A DNA stretch of 64,000 bases, taken from the NCBI GenBank assembly GCA_965218975.1, contig OZ244717.1:1760001-1824000 (forward strand). Reading direction: 5' to 3'. Under the pieces are notes generated by a model. That model was not told where the DNA came from. It ran no database searches and worked only from the letters and a program-made list of their open reading frames with translations. Source of the stretch: Candidatus Oxydemutatoraceae bacterium. GTDB lineage: Bacteria > Pseudomonadota > Gammaproteobacteria > Poriferisulfidales > Oxydemutatoraceae. This document shows positions 43,221 through 51,644 of this stretch, piece by piece. The stretch's first letter is position 1. Each line of letters opens with the position of its first letter. Made by a program: the position numbers and the translations under genes.

Positions 43221-44029
43221 ATTTAAACAAACCCAAAATAGAGGAACACATTTTTGAACAGGAACCTTATTATCGCCCGATCGGCGAAGAAATCAGCGTT
43301 TTTGAAACCGCTTACGAAAATTGCCTGCCGGTTCTGCTGAAAGGACCGACCGGCTGCGGTAAAACGCGTTTTATGGAGCACATTGTATGGCGTTTGAAAA
43401 AACCGCTGATTGCCATCGCTTGCCATGACGATTTGACCGCCGCCGACTTGGTCGGACGCTACTTGTTAAAAGACGAAGAAACAGTATGGATGGACGGTCC
43501 TCTGACCCGCGCCGTACGCAACGGTTGCCTGTGTTACCTCGACGAAATCGTTGAAGCACGCAAAGACACGACTGTCGTTCTCCACCCGATTTGCGACGAA
43601 CGACGTACTTTGCCGATCGAAAAGTTGGGTGAAATAATCCTCGCCGCCGACGGATTCGGTATCGCCGTTTCATACAATCCGGGATACCAAAGCGTGCTAA
43701 AGGACTTAAAACAAAGCACTCGGCAAAGATTTGTATCTTTAGAGTTCAATTATCCGCCCGCTGAAATTGAATGTGAAATTGTCGGACGCGAAAGCGGCAT
43801 TGACAAAAAAACCGCAAAGCAACTGATTAAATTCGCCGCATTGACCCGCAATTTGAAAGGGAACGGATTGGACGAAGGCGCGAGCACCAGACTGCTGGTG
43901 CATACCGGAAAATTGATTTATTCGGGTATCGCGCCGACGACAGCGGTCAATCACTGCATCGCGGAAACGTTAACCGACGATCGCGAAATTTTGCGGACGA
44001 TACAAGAGCTCGGCACTTCGGTTTTTTAA
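43217..44029 (+). CDS. cbbQ: CbbQ/NirQ/NorQ family AAA+ ATPase
   Basis: LKGPTGCGKTRF, CYLDEIVEAR, SYNPGYQSVLKDLKQSTRQRF, GLDEGASTRLL; ATGA overlap with pfk. Confidence 0.85.
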   Translation: MNLNKPKIEEHIFEQEPYYRPIGEEISVFETAYENCLPVLLKGPTGCGKTRFMEHIVWRLKKPLIAIACHDDLTAADLVGRYLLKDEETVWMDGPLTRAVRNGCLCYLDEIVEARKDTTVVLHPICDERRTLPIEKLGEIILAADGFGIAVSYNPGYQSVLKDLKQSTRQRFVSLEFNYPPAEIECEIVGRESGIDKKTAKQLIKFAALTRNLKGNGLDEGASTRLLVHTGKLIYSGIAPTTAVNHCIAETLTDDREILRTIQELGTSVF

Positions 44030-44153
44030 CAACCGCCGCATCAAAGCGCAGAGGAACCGCTGCGACTCTAACGCTAGCGCTTCACCGAAATTCGCAAAAC
44101 TTCCCTCCCCATTCATGCGCTGCCCGCAAAGTCATGGCAAATCAAGCGGGCGT

Positions 44154-45500
44154 TCATGCCGACTCGTCGGACGAGACGCGGGCCGCCTTTGTTGCCTCTA
44201 GGGCATTAATGACGGCATCCATACCGTGCGTGCCTACGAGCGGGACATGCCTTTTATTCGGATCCGGCATCAATGTAATCGTTTCTCCCAAAGACCTCCC
44301 TTTAATCTTTTCAGCTAATTTTATATCCCCTGAAGCTGAAACAGGATCGTCTTTCACGCGTACTGCGATGAATTTTCCCTTTGACATCCTTATGTTATCC
44401 GCGCCTAGCGCTTCAAGAGAGGGAAGCTTTAATCCCGCGGGGTTATAGCCATATCCCTGCAAACGCTCTTGATTACCATCAATATTTGCAGCGATCGCAA
44501 ACTGTACCATTGCTCCTCCGAGCGAGTGTCCGGTTACTTCCAGACGACGCTCCGGATATTCCGGATGATCCAGTAACCGTTTTGCGAGACCGACAGCGCT
44601 ACCATACTCCGATGAATATGTACCGGAGAATTGCAGGGCATCTGCTTTCATACTACCTGTCCTGCCGGACTTTCCCTTAGGCTTGAAATCAGTGCCCGCA
44701 AAAGCTACCGTCAATGTACTACCGTCATCTTTCTTGACAAGCAACGCTCTGGTACCGTTGGGAAGATTAAGCAGACCGCTTTGATCATTATAAAAAAAAC
44801 GCAGTTCAGTGGGCATATCTCTATCGTCCGCCAAAACGTACCCGGCAGGCAACTCCCGCGTTTTCCCCGGCTTTACCGGGGCCGTAAGCCCGTTATAAGA
44901 CAACCTGCTTAATTTCGCATTGGTTAAAAAGGTATCCAATGATTCAAGCGTCAGTTGCTTACTTGATATATCCGGCCGTTTTATTTCCTTCATGGCGCCC
45001 AGCGCTTCTCTTGCAGAGGCATCGTGTCTTCGGAACGGCATTGCTCGCGCTTTAAGGCTTCTGTATTCCGGTAGCTGTCGGTTTCCCGCTTCCTTAATCT
45101 GTTTGAAATATTTTTTGCCCAACCTCGCAAGCTTATCATCACCCGGCGCGGCACAAGTAGCAGAGTCGGACAAACCGCTAACCTCGCTATAAATCTGTAT
45201 TTGCTTTTGTCTCATGTATTCCTTTGAAGATCTCAAGTAATCTCTTTTAGACTGAGGCGCTGTTGCCAAAGCGACTTCACGTTGATCAAGGCGTGTGCTC
45301 TTGCCAGAGAAATCCGCTGACCTGACCGGGCTAGATAATGACGCGATCGCTACACCGCCGATATCACTGCTCGAACTTGACACCATACTTACACCACGCC
45401 CGTTCAAAGTACCTTTACCCTTGACTATCGCTTCCTTTTCAGGCGTGCTCGGCGCAAGCTCGGGAGACATTCTTCGGCCCGGCCCGTCAATAGTGCCCAT
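44154..45500 (-). CDS. Lipase class 3/phospholipase A1-like protein with long N-terminal extension; candidate T3SS effector
   Basis: VAFAGTD, VTGHSLGG, YNPAG, DDPVS, HGMD; Ser/Pro-rich N-terminus with no Sec signal; GGAGG before ATG 45500. Confidence 0.78.
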   Translation of the reverse strand: MGTIDGPGRRMSPELAPSTPEKEAIVKGKGTLNGRGVSMVSSSSSDIGGVAIASLSSPVRSADFSGKSTRLDQREVALATAPQSKRDYLRSSKEYMRQKQIQIYSEVSGLSDSATCAAPGDDKLARLGKKYFKQIKEAGNRQLPEYRSLKARAMPFRRHDASAREALGAMKEIKRPDISSKQLTLESLDTFLTNAKLSRLSYNGLTAPVKPGKTRELPAGYVLADDRDMPTELRFFYNDQSGLLNLPNGTRALLVKKDDGSTLTVAFAGTDFKPKGKSGRTGSMKADALQFSGTYSSEYGSAVGLAKRLLDHPEYPERRLEVTGHSLGGAMVQFAIAANIDGNQERLQGYGYNPAGLKLPSLEALGADNIRMSKGKFIAVRVKDDPVSASGDIKLAEKIKGRSLGETITLMPDPNKRHVPLVGTHGMDAVINALEATKAARVSSDESA

Positions 45501-45822
45501 TATAACCTCCCTACCCGAACGCCATGATCCAAGCAATAATATGCTATGGCACGACGCGATACATTCAACGATTCAGACCCTTACAAAAGATTTTTTGCGA
45601 TAAACAATTTCAAATGGGTTGTTTCCATAATCTCTCCTTTGATAAAACCTCCTAAAGTTTGACGCTCGCGATAAAAGTTTTATGCAAGCGGTAGAAATAT
45701 AAGATTGCACAATCCCGTTTGCTGTATATAAACAATATAGCATATTCCTTCATCAATAACGAATTTTCGCTTCCGAAGCAACGATTCGCGAGCCCTTAAA
45801 TCAAAATGCAGGATTGGGTCTT

Positions 45823-46105
45823 TTAACGCAATCTTTGAGATGACAACCGCCGCGCCGGTTTTGCATTCCGGCGTTTCAAGATCATCACCGCCAAAAAGAT
45901 ACCAGCAAACAGCAGCAACCACCACAAGCCGACCGCACCGCCGCCACCGTCAGTTTGAGACGCTCATCCGCAGGCGAAAGACGGATACCAACCGTAAAAG
46001 ACTCGCGCGCTTCTATCAGAAAATCATCAATAATTCCAACACTCGCCGCGACAACCGCTTCATACCTGCCGTCGGAACCCAGCGCGTAATCTGTCGGCAA
46101 GACCG
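45823..46105 (-). pseudogene. Remnant of a giant-adhesin paralog (Calx-beta fragment plus GlyGly-CTERM-like tail)
   Basis: GGGGAVGLWWLLLFAGIFLAVMILKRRNAKPARRLSSQRLR* matches the tail at 51645-51775; joined out of frame to VGIIDDFLIEARESFTV. Confidence 0.8.
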
Positions 46106-46115
46106 AAATTTCCTC

Positions 46116-46259
46116 AATTTGGCAAAACTCGAATCTAAAATAATGAACAAAATGGCAGAATTAAGAGACCAATTAACTGCCCGGATACTGATTGCTATCG
46201 GTATCAACATTGGTGCGGTCGGTTTGATGTTTACTGCCACCGGTTTTTTCTCCGGATAA
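46116..46259 (+). pseudogene. Array copy 1, 5'-truncated DUF1640-like gene
   Basis: LAKLESKIMNKMAELRDQLTARILIAIGINIGAVGLMF..., near-identical to the 3' half of 47068-47322; head missing. Confidence 0.75.
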
Positions 46260-46313
46260 TCATGCCCTACGGACATCGAGTATGCGGTCGGAGGAATCGG
46301 CTATGATGAAAAC

Positions 46314-46538
46314 ATGAGCACAATTGATCTATACGAAGTCCTAAAGAGGATTCCAAATGTTAGTAGCGACGAGGCTAAATCCGTTGCCGACACGCTTGCG
46401 CATACGGATGATGTCGCAACCAAAACCGATTTGACCGAATTAGAAATGCACTTGACTTGGCGGATGATTATTATTGCAGGCGTCATTATCGCCGCAGTGG
46501 GACTCATGTTTACCGCCGCCGGTTTTTTCCCCGGATAA
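46314..46538 (+). CDS. Array copy 2, DUF1640/CCDC90-like (head B)
   Basis: MSTIDLYEVLKRIP...VATKTDL...TM helix. Confidence 0.8.
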   Translation: MSTIDLYEVLKRIPNVSSDEAKSVADTLAHTDDVATKTDLTELEMHLTWRMIIIAGVIIAAVGLMFTAAGFFPG

Positions 46539-46592
46539 TCATGCCCTACGGACATCGAGTATGCGGTCGGAGGAATCGGCTATAATGAAAAC

Positions 46593-46875
46593 ATGAGCAC
46601 AATTGATCTATACGAAGTCCTAAAGAGGATTCCAAATGTTAGCAGCGACGAGGCTAAATCCGTTGCCGACATGCTTGCGCATACGGAATGATGTCGCAAC
46701 TAAAAGCGGTCTGAGCGAGTTTGCAACCAAAGCCGATTTGGCAAAACTTGAATCTAAAATAGCAAAACTTGAATCTAAAATAGTTGAATTGGAAATGCGC
46801 TTGACTTGGCGGATGATTATTACCGTCGGCATCTTTAATTCCATGTTGTTTTTAGCCCTGAAATTTACTGGCTAA
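46593..46875 (+). pseudogene. Array copy 3 (head B), +1 frameshift near 46687
   Basis: ACGGAATGATG versus ACGGATGATG in sister copies, giving an immediate TGA. Confidence 0.78.
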
Positions 46876-47067
46876 CGTTTAGCGCGAGGTAAGTCGTCCG
46901 GTTCCTAAAAATCCGCCGGATACTCAAAGGCAACGGCTTTTCAAAAATATTACCCATTGTTTGCGTATGCCGCTTGAACGCGAGAGTCCCCGAGTCATCT
47001 TCGCTTATTTTAGAAGTGTTGTTCCTTTAGGATGCCCGGCGCCTGCGGAACCGGCTATAATAAAAAC

Positions 47068-47322
47068 ATGAGTACCACCGCACTTTACAAAGCATTGATT
47101 CAGGCTGGCGTCTCTGAAGATACCGCCGAAAGAGCCGTCGAGGACTTGGCGCATACGGATGATGTCGCGACCAAAGCGGATTTGGCAAAACTTGAATCTA
47201 AAATAATGGATAAAATGGCAGAATTAAGAGACCAATTAACTACCCGGATATTGATTGCTATCGGTATCAACATTGGTGCGGTCGGTTTGATGTTTGCTGC
47301 TGCCGGTTTTTTCTCCGGATAA
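47068..47322 (+). CDS. Array copy 4, DUF1640/CCDC90-like (head A)
   Basis: MSTTALYKALIQAG...VATKADLAKLESK...TM helix. Confidence 0.8.
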   Translation: MSTTALYKALIQAGVSEDTAERAVEDLAHTDDVATKADLAKLESKIMDKMAELRDQLTTRILIAIGINIGAVGLMFAAAGFFSG

Positions 47323-47366
47323 TCATGCTGCGAGTGCGCAATCGGAGAAATCGGCTATAAGAAGAC

Positions 47367-47600
47367 ATGAGCACAATTGATCTATACGAAGTCCTAAAGA
47401 GGATTCCAAGTGTTAGCAGCGACGAGGCTAAATCCGTTGCCGACACGCTTGTGCATACGGATGATGTCGCGACCAAAGCCGGTTTGACAAAAATTGAATC
47501 TAAAATGGTTGAATTGGAAATGCGCTTGACTTGGCGGATGATTATTACCGTCGGCATCTTTAATTCCATGTTGTTTTTAGCCTTGAAATTTACCGGCTAA
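47367..47600 (+). CDS. Array copy 5 (head B)
   Basis: MSTIDLYEV...ATKAGL...LEMRLTWRMIITVG. Confidence 0.8.
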   Translation: MSTIDLYEVLKRIPSVSSDEAKSVADTLVHTDDVATKAGLTKIESKMVELEMRLTWRMIITVGIFNSMLFLALKFTG

Positions 47601-47793
47601 CGTTTAGCGGCGAGGCACGTTGTCCGGTTCCTAAAAATCCGCCGGATACTCAGAGGCAACGGCTTTTCAAAAATATTACCCATTGTTTGCGTATGCCGCT
47701 TGAACGCAAGAGTCCCCGAGTCATCTTCGCTTATTTTAGAAGTATTGTTCCTTTAGGATGCCCGGCGCCTGCGGAATCGGCTATAATGAAAAC

Positions 47794-48015
47794 ATGAGTA
47801 CCACCGCACTTTACAAAGCATTGATTCAGGCTGGCGCCTCTGAAGATACCGCCGAAAGAGCCGTCGAGGACTTGGCGCATACGGATGATGTCGCGACCAA
47901 AGCGGATTTGGCAAAACTTGAGATACGACTCATTAAATGGATTGTCGCAGCGACCGCACTGATTATTTCTGCAATGGGACTTATGTTTACCGCTGCCGGT
48001 TTTTTCTCCGGGTGA
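47794..48015 (+). CDS. Array copy 6 (head A)
   Basis: 73 aa, tail LEIRLIKWIVAATAL. Confidence 0.8.
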   Translation: MSTTALYKALIQAGASEDTAERAVEDLAHTDDVATKADLAKLEIRLIKWIVAATALIISAMGLMFTAAGFFSG

Positions 48016-48182
48016 TCGTGCCTTGCGACCACGAGTGCAAATGCTCGGTGTCCGCACAATAACCAACAATCGCTTCTTATATCGCTTGAATGTAAGAGTC
48101 CTTGAGCCATCTTCGCTTATTTTAGAAGTATTGTTCCTTTAGGATGCCCGGTACCTGCGGCGGAATCGGCTATAATGAAAAC

Positions 48183-48425
48183 ATGAGTACCACCGCACTT
48201 TACAAAGCATTAATTCAGGCTGGCGCCTCTGAAGATACCGCCGAAAGAGCCGCCGAGGACTTGGCGCATACGGATGATGTCGCGACCAAAGCGGATTTGA
48301 CAAAACTTGAGTCTAAAATGGCCGAATTAGAGATACGACTCATTAAATGGATTGTCGCAGCGACCGCACTGATTATTTCTGCAATGGGACTTATGTTTAC
48401 CGCTGCCGGTTTTTTCTCCGGGTGA
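48183..48425 (+). CDS. Array copy 7 (head A)
   Basis: 80 aa; copy 6 plus one extra heptad (21 bp). Confidence 0.8.
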   Translation: MSTTALYKALIQAGASEDTAERAAEDLAHTDDVATKADLTKLESKMAELEIRLIKWIVAATALIISAMGLMFTAAGFFSG

Positions 48426-48592
48426 TCGTGCCTTGCGACCACGAGTGCAAATGCGCGGTGTCCGCACAATAACCAACAATCGCTTCTTATATCACTTGAA
48501 TGTAAGAGTCCTTGAGCCATCTTCGCTTATTTTAGAAGTATTGTTCCTTTAGGATGCCCGGTACCTGCGGCGGAATCGGCTATAATGAAAAC

Positions 48593-48857
48593 ATGAGTAC
48601 CACCGCACTTTACAAAGCATTAATTCAGGCTGGCGCCACGGAAGCGCTCGCCGAAAGAGCCGTCAAGGGACTTGGTTGACACGGACAAGTTCGTTACCAA
48701 AGACGATCTGAAAGAATTTGCAACCAAAGCGGATTTAAAAGCCGGATTAGCCGAATTAAAAGCCGAGATGCTTCAATGGAACATGATTATTGCCAGTGTT
48801 ATTATCGCCGCAATGGGGCTCATGTTTACCGCTTCCGGTTTTTTCTTCAGGCTATAA
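48593..48857 (+). pseudogene. Array copy 8 (head A), +1 frameshift near 48669
   Basis: GTCAAGGGACTTGGTTGA stops early; shifted frame continues DTDKFVTKDDLKEFATKADL...TM helix. Confidence 0.75.
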
Positions 48858-48954
48858 ACGCATCGCTTCAATTTTCAACTGAAAGAAGTAAACCGGGTAA
48901 AGCTTGCTGCAGAAGTATTTTATGGGAATTATATAGCAAAATCCGTGGAGCCGA

Positions 48955-49137
48955 TTATTTTCTGACCAGTTTCCACTTCTGGTTCAGTTCTTCTCTTGTG
49001 GATTCGCGGTTCTCACTTTTGGCCTCGGATACTGGGGCTGTAAAAATCTGGCGCATGGCAGTATCCAGTTCATCCTCGGACACAGGCCCGCGTTCGGTCT
49101 TGTCAAACTATTTCTTATTGAAGCCTTGTTTTTTCAT
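48955..49137 (-). pseudogene. Small (60-codon) passenger ORF with internal TAG
   Basis: MKKQGFNKK*FDKTERGPVSEDELDTAMRQIFTAP...ENRESTREELNQKWKLVRK; ATGA overlap with the REase stop. Confidence 0.5.
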
Positions 49138-49746
49138 GGCATTACTCCTATGAGTACAAGAGGCACAGCAGGTACTCCACGGCCTTGCCTGATGACATTC
49201 AGTAAGTCGCGTTCATAATAAGGTACACCGCTGGACATTTCCTTTTCCATTTCTTTCATAGGCAAAACTTCTATACCTACGTCAATAATGTCTGAAACAT
49301 AGAAACTCAGGAGTTTGACAAATAGATCGTGGGCGACAAAAGCATATTTTCCAAACTGGATTTCTACGGCAATCCTGTCTTTTACAAAATCAGTCTGATT
49401 ATATGATCTAAGAGGTTCTTTGCCAGAGTCAGTGATTTTCTCTTTTTGCTGTTCAGTGGGCAACCCATAAATACCACGAAGCAATTTCTCGTCATCCATA
49501 ACCCAAAAATGTATTGTTCCTTTGCTTCCAGCCTCTTGCCTCAAAACCACGCTTGAAGGCTTTGTTCATATCAGTTGGTGAGTATAAAAGTTCTCCTTTT
49601 CTACGTTTCTCCTTAGATACTTTGGTCTTGCAAATTTCTGCATCAACCGCACAAATAACATTTTTCACTTCCTGCCACCTTTCAGGATGATGAACAAGCA
49701 AATATTCCTTTCCGTTCAGATGAGAGTAAGTAGAAACTACCCGCAC
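49134..49746 (-). pseudogene. BglII/BstYI-family type II restriction endonuclease, frameshifted in a T5 run near 49507
   Basis: YSHLNG.E...; QTDFVKDRIAVEIQFGKY..V..DLF catalytic motif; two overlapping ORFs join if one T is removed. Confidence 0.85.
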
Positions 49747-50573
49747 TAATGACCACCTTTTGGCAACGCTGGGTTATAGACAGGCTTCCCCATAGGGCGT
49801 ACTTGAAGTTCACCCTTGCTTAATGCCTGAACTCTCTGGCGGGCAATTTCTAAATATTCTTCTACAACATCACAACCATACCCGACCCTACCATGCATCT
49901 GTGCTGCAACCACAGAAGAACCAACCCCCACGTACGGATCAAGAACTGAATCCCCATAGTTCGTCATAGACAAAACCAGCCTTTCCACCAGTTCAACCGG
50001 AAACTGACACGGATGAATGGTCTTTTCAGGGTGGTTGTTTTTTACATTCGGGAATATCCATACATCACTGGGTTTTTTGCCTTTTGGATTGCATGATAAT
50101 TGTCCTTTTTTTGGGCCTTTGAAATATCGTTTTTTAGGATACTTTGGAGGCACCCTAATTTCATCCAGATGCCATGTGTAATCATCACCTTTAGTCCACC
50201 AGTTAATAGTTTCATACCGACCAGAAAGTCTTTTGGAGCAATGAAGCCCATGCCAGAAATGCCAGATAATCCTGTTGCGAAGTTTTAGATTGTTCGCCCT
50301 GAAAATTGGATACAGCAACGTATCAAGCGGAATAATTCCCCCATTCTCTACATAGTTGCCTACCTGCCGGCAAATAGAGCCTTGCTGATCAAGTAGACGC
50401 ACACACTCGCCAATTACCCGCTCCTGCAGGGCTAAATAGGTGTCAAGCGGTTCCTTGCCTTCGTATTCTTTTCCAAGATTGTAGGGTGGTGACGTAACAA
50501 TAAGTTTGAAACTCTCATCAGGCAAATCCTGCATAAAAGCAATATTGTCCTTGCATGCAAGAACGGGGTTCAA
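49746..50573 (-). CDS. Beta-class amino DNA methyltransferase (probably N4-cytosine)
   Basis: IVTSPPYN, HPCQFP, VLDPYVGVGSS. Confidence 0.92.
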   Translation of the reverse strand: MNPVLACKDNIAFMQDLPDESFKLIVTSPPYNLGKEYEGKEPLDTYLALQERVIGECVRLLDQQGSICRQVGNYVENGGIIPLDTLLYPIFRANNLKLRNRIIWHFWHGLHCSKRLSGRYETINWWTKGDDYTWHLDEIRVPPKYPKKRYFKGPKKGQLSCNPKGKKPSDVWIFPNVKNNHPEKTIHPCQFPVELVERLVLSMTNYGDSVLDPYVGVGSSVVAAQMHGRVGYGCDVVEEYLEIARQRVQALSKGELQVRPMGKPVYNPALPKGGH

Positions 50574-51501
50574 GATACCAACTCCCTGTACGGAATCCGC
50601 TTACCGCCAATCCCCTTGGCAAATGCATCCATGCGATCCATAGTGTCAATATCACAGTTTCCCTGATTCAACCTGAATGTGAACCCATCTACGTATCGCT
50701 GTAGATGCTTCATGCTGAAATGATGATAGGTGCCGGTGTACCCACGCTTGATTAATGCCCAAACGGATTCAATCCCGTTCGTATGGATCATTCCATTGAC
50801 ATACTCTTTGGCAGAATGCTTGACGGTATCATGGTTGTAGAAAACCCCGTCAAGGCCAAGATAGCCTCGGTGATCGTCAGTAAAGACAGTAGACTCTGGC
50901 TTGATGTATCCATGCACAAAGCCTTTCAGGGTTTCAGCATCAGTATTACTAATTGCCTGTGCTTTCACGCTGCCGCCTCTCTCACGTGCGCCAATCACTG
51001 CCTGCTTGCCAACAGGCCCTCCGCCCTGATTTCAATTTTTTGTTCTTGTGTTTGTTTCTTTCCTTCCCGCCGATGTAGGTTTCATCAACTTCGACGATGC
51101 GATCCAGCTTGAAATCGCCGTTGGAGCATGCTTCCCTGATGCGGTGAAGCATAGACCACGCCGTGCGATATTGCACCCCCGAGTTCCTTGCTCAACTGCA
51201 TGGCACTCACCCCTTTGCGGGCCGTCATGACGGAATAGATAGCCACCACCCAGTTCTGCAATGGGGTTTTTGTAGCATGCATGATGCTCTTGGTGGTGAC
51301 GGTAAACTGCTTCTTGCAGTCCTTGTGCCAGTAGGTATTAGGCTTGCTCAGTGGCTTGCTGATATTCTCAACACCGCCACAGTGCGGACAAACCGGCTCG
51401 CCATTCCAGCAAACCTGCTCCAACCAGTCAATGCAAGCCTGATCGTTCGGGAATTTTCGTAGCAATTCAACTATACTGATGGTGTTTGCTTTCATGTTCA
51501 T
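50570..51501 (-). pseudogene. IS1595-family transposase with two +1 frameshifts (about 51178 and 51020)
   Basis: Zn-ribbon CPHC, EVDETYIGGK, TDD..GY, HTNGIESVW, KHLQRY spread over three frames. Confidence 0.9.
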
Positions 51502-51644
51502 ATCCGTCTCCTAACTGTTACGGATTGTTATATCTCGTTAGAAAACAAATATCTACAAGTTTTCACGGATTTTGCTACATAATTCCCTATTTTATCCGGC
51601 CTGAACCGTGCACCGGATACATACCGGACAGATCAATCTTAACC

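Larger units (their letters stand above)
48924..51587 (-). mobile_element. IS1595-family transporter IS carrying a restriction-modification pair
   Basis: 24-bp IRs GGGAATTAT(A/G)TAGCAAAATCCGTG at 48924-48947 and 51564-51587; 8-bp TSD TATTTTAT at 48916-48923 and 51588-51595. Confidence 0.93.

Noticed and set aside
45840-46259. 139-aa ORF as a real gene
   Set aside because: N-terminal part is the antisense of the adhesin remnant, running by chance into the truncated array copy
46116-48857. CRISPR array or integron cassette array
   Set aside because: Repeats are protein-coding paralogs with duplicated spacers; no constant repeat/unique spacer pattern, no cas or intI gene, no consistent attC structure
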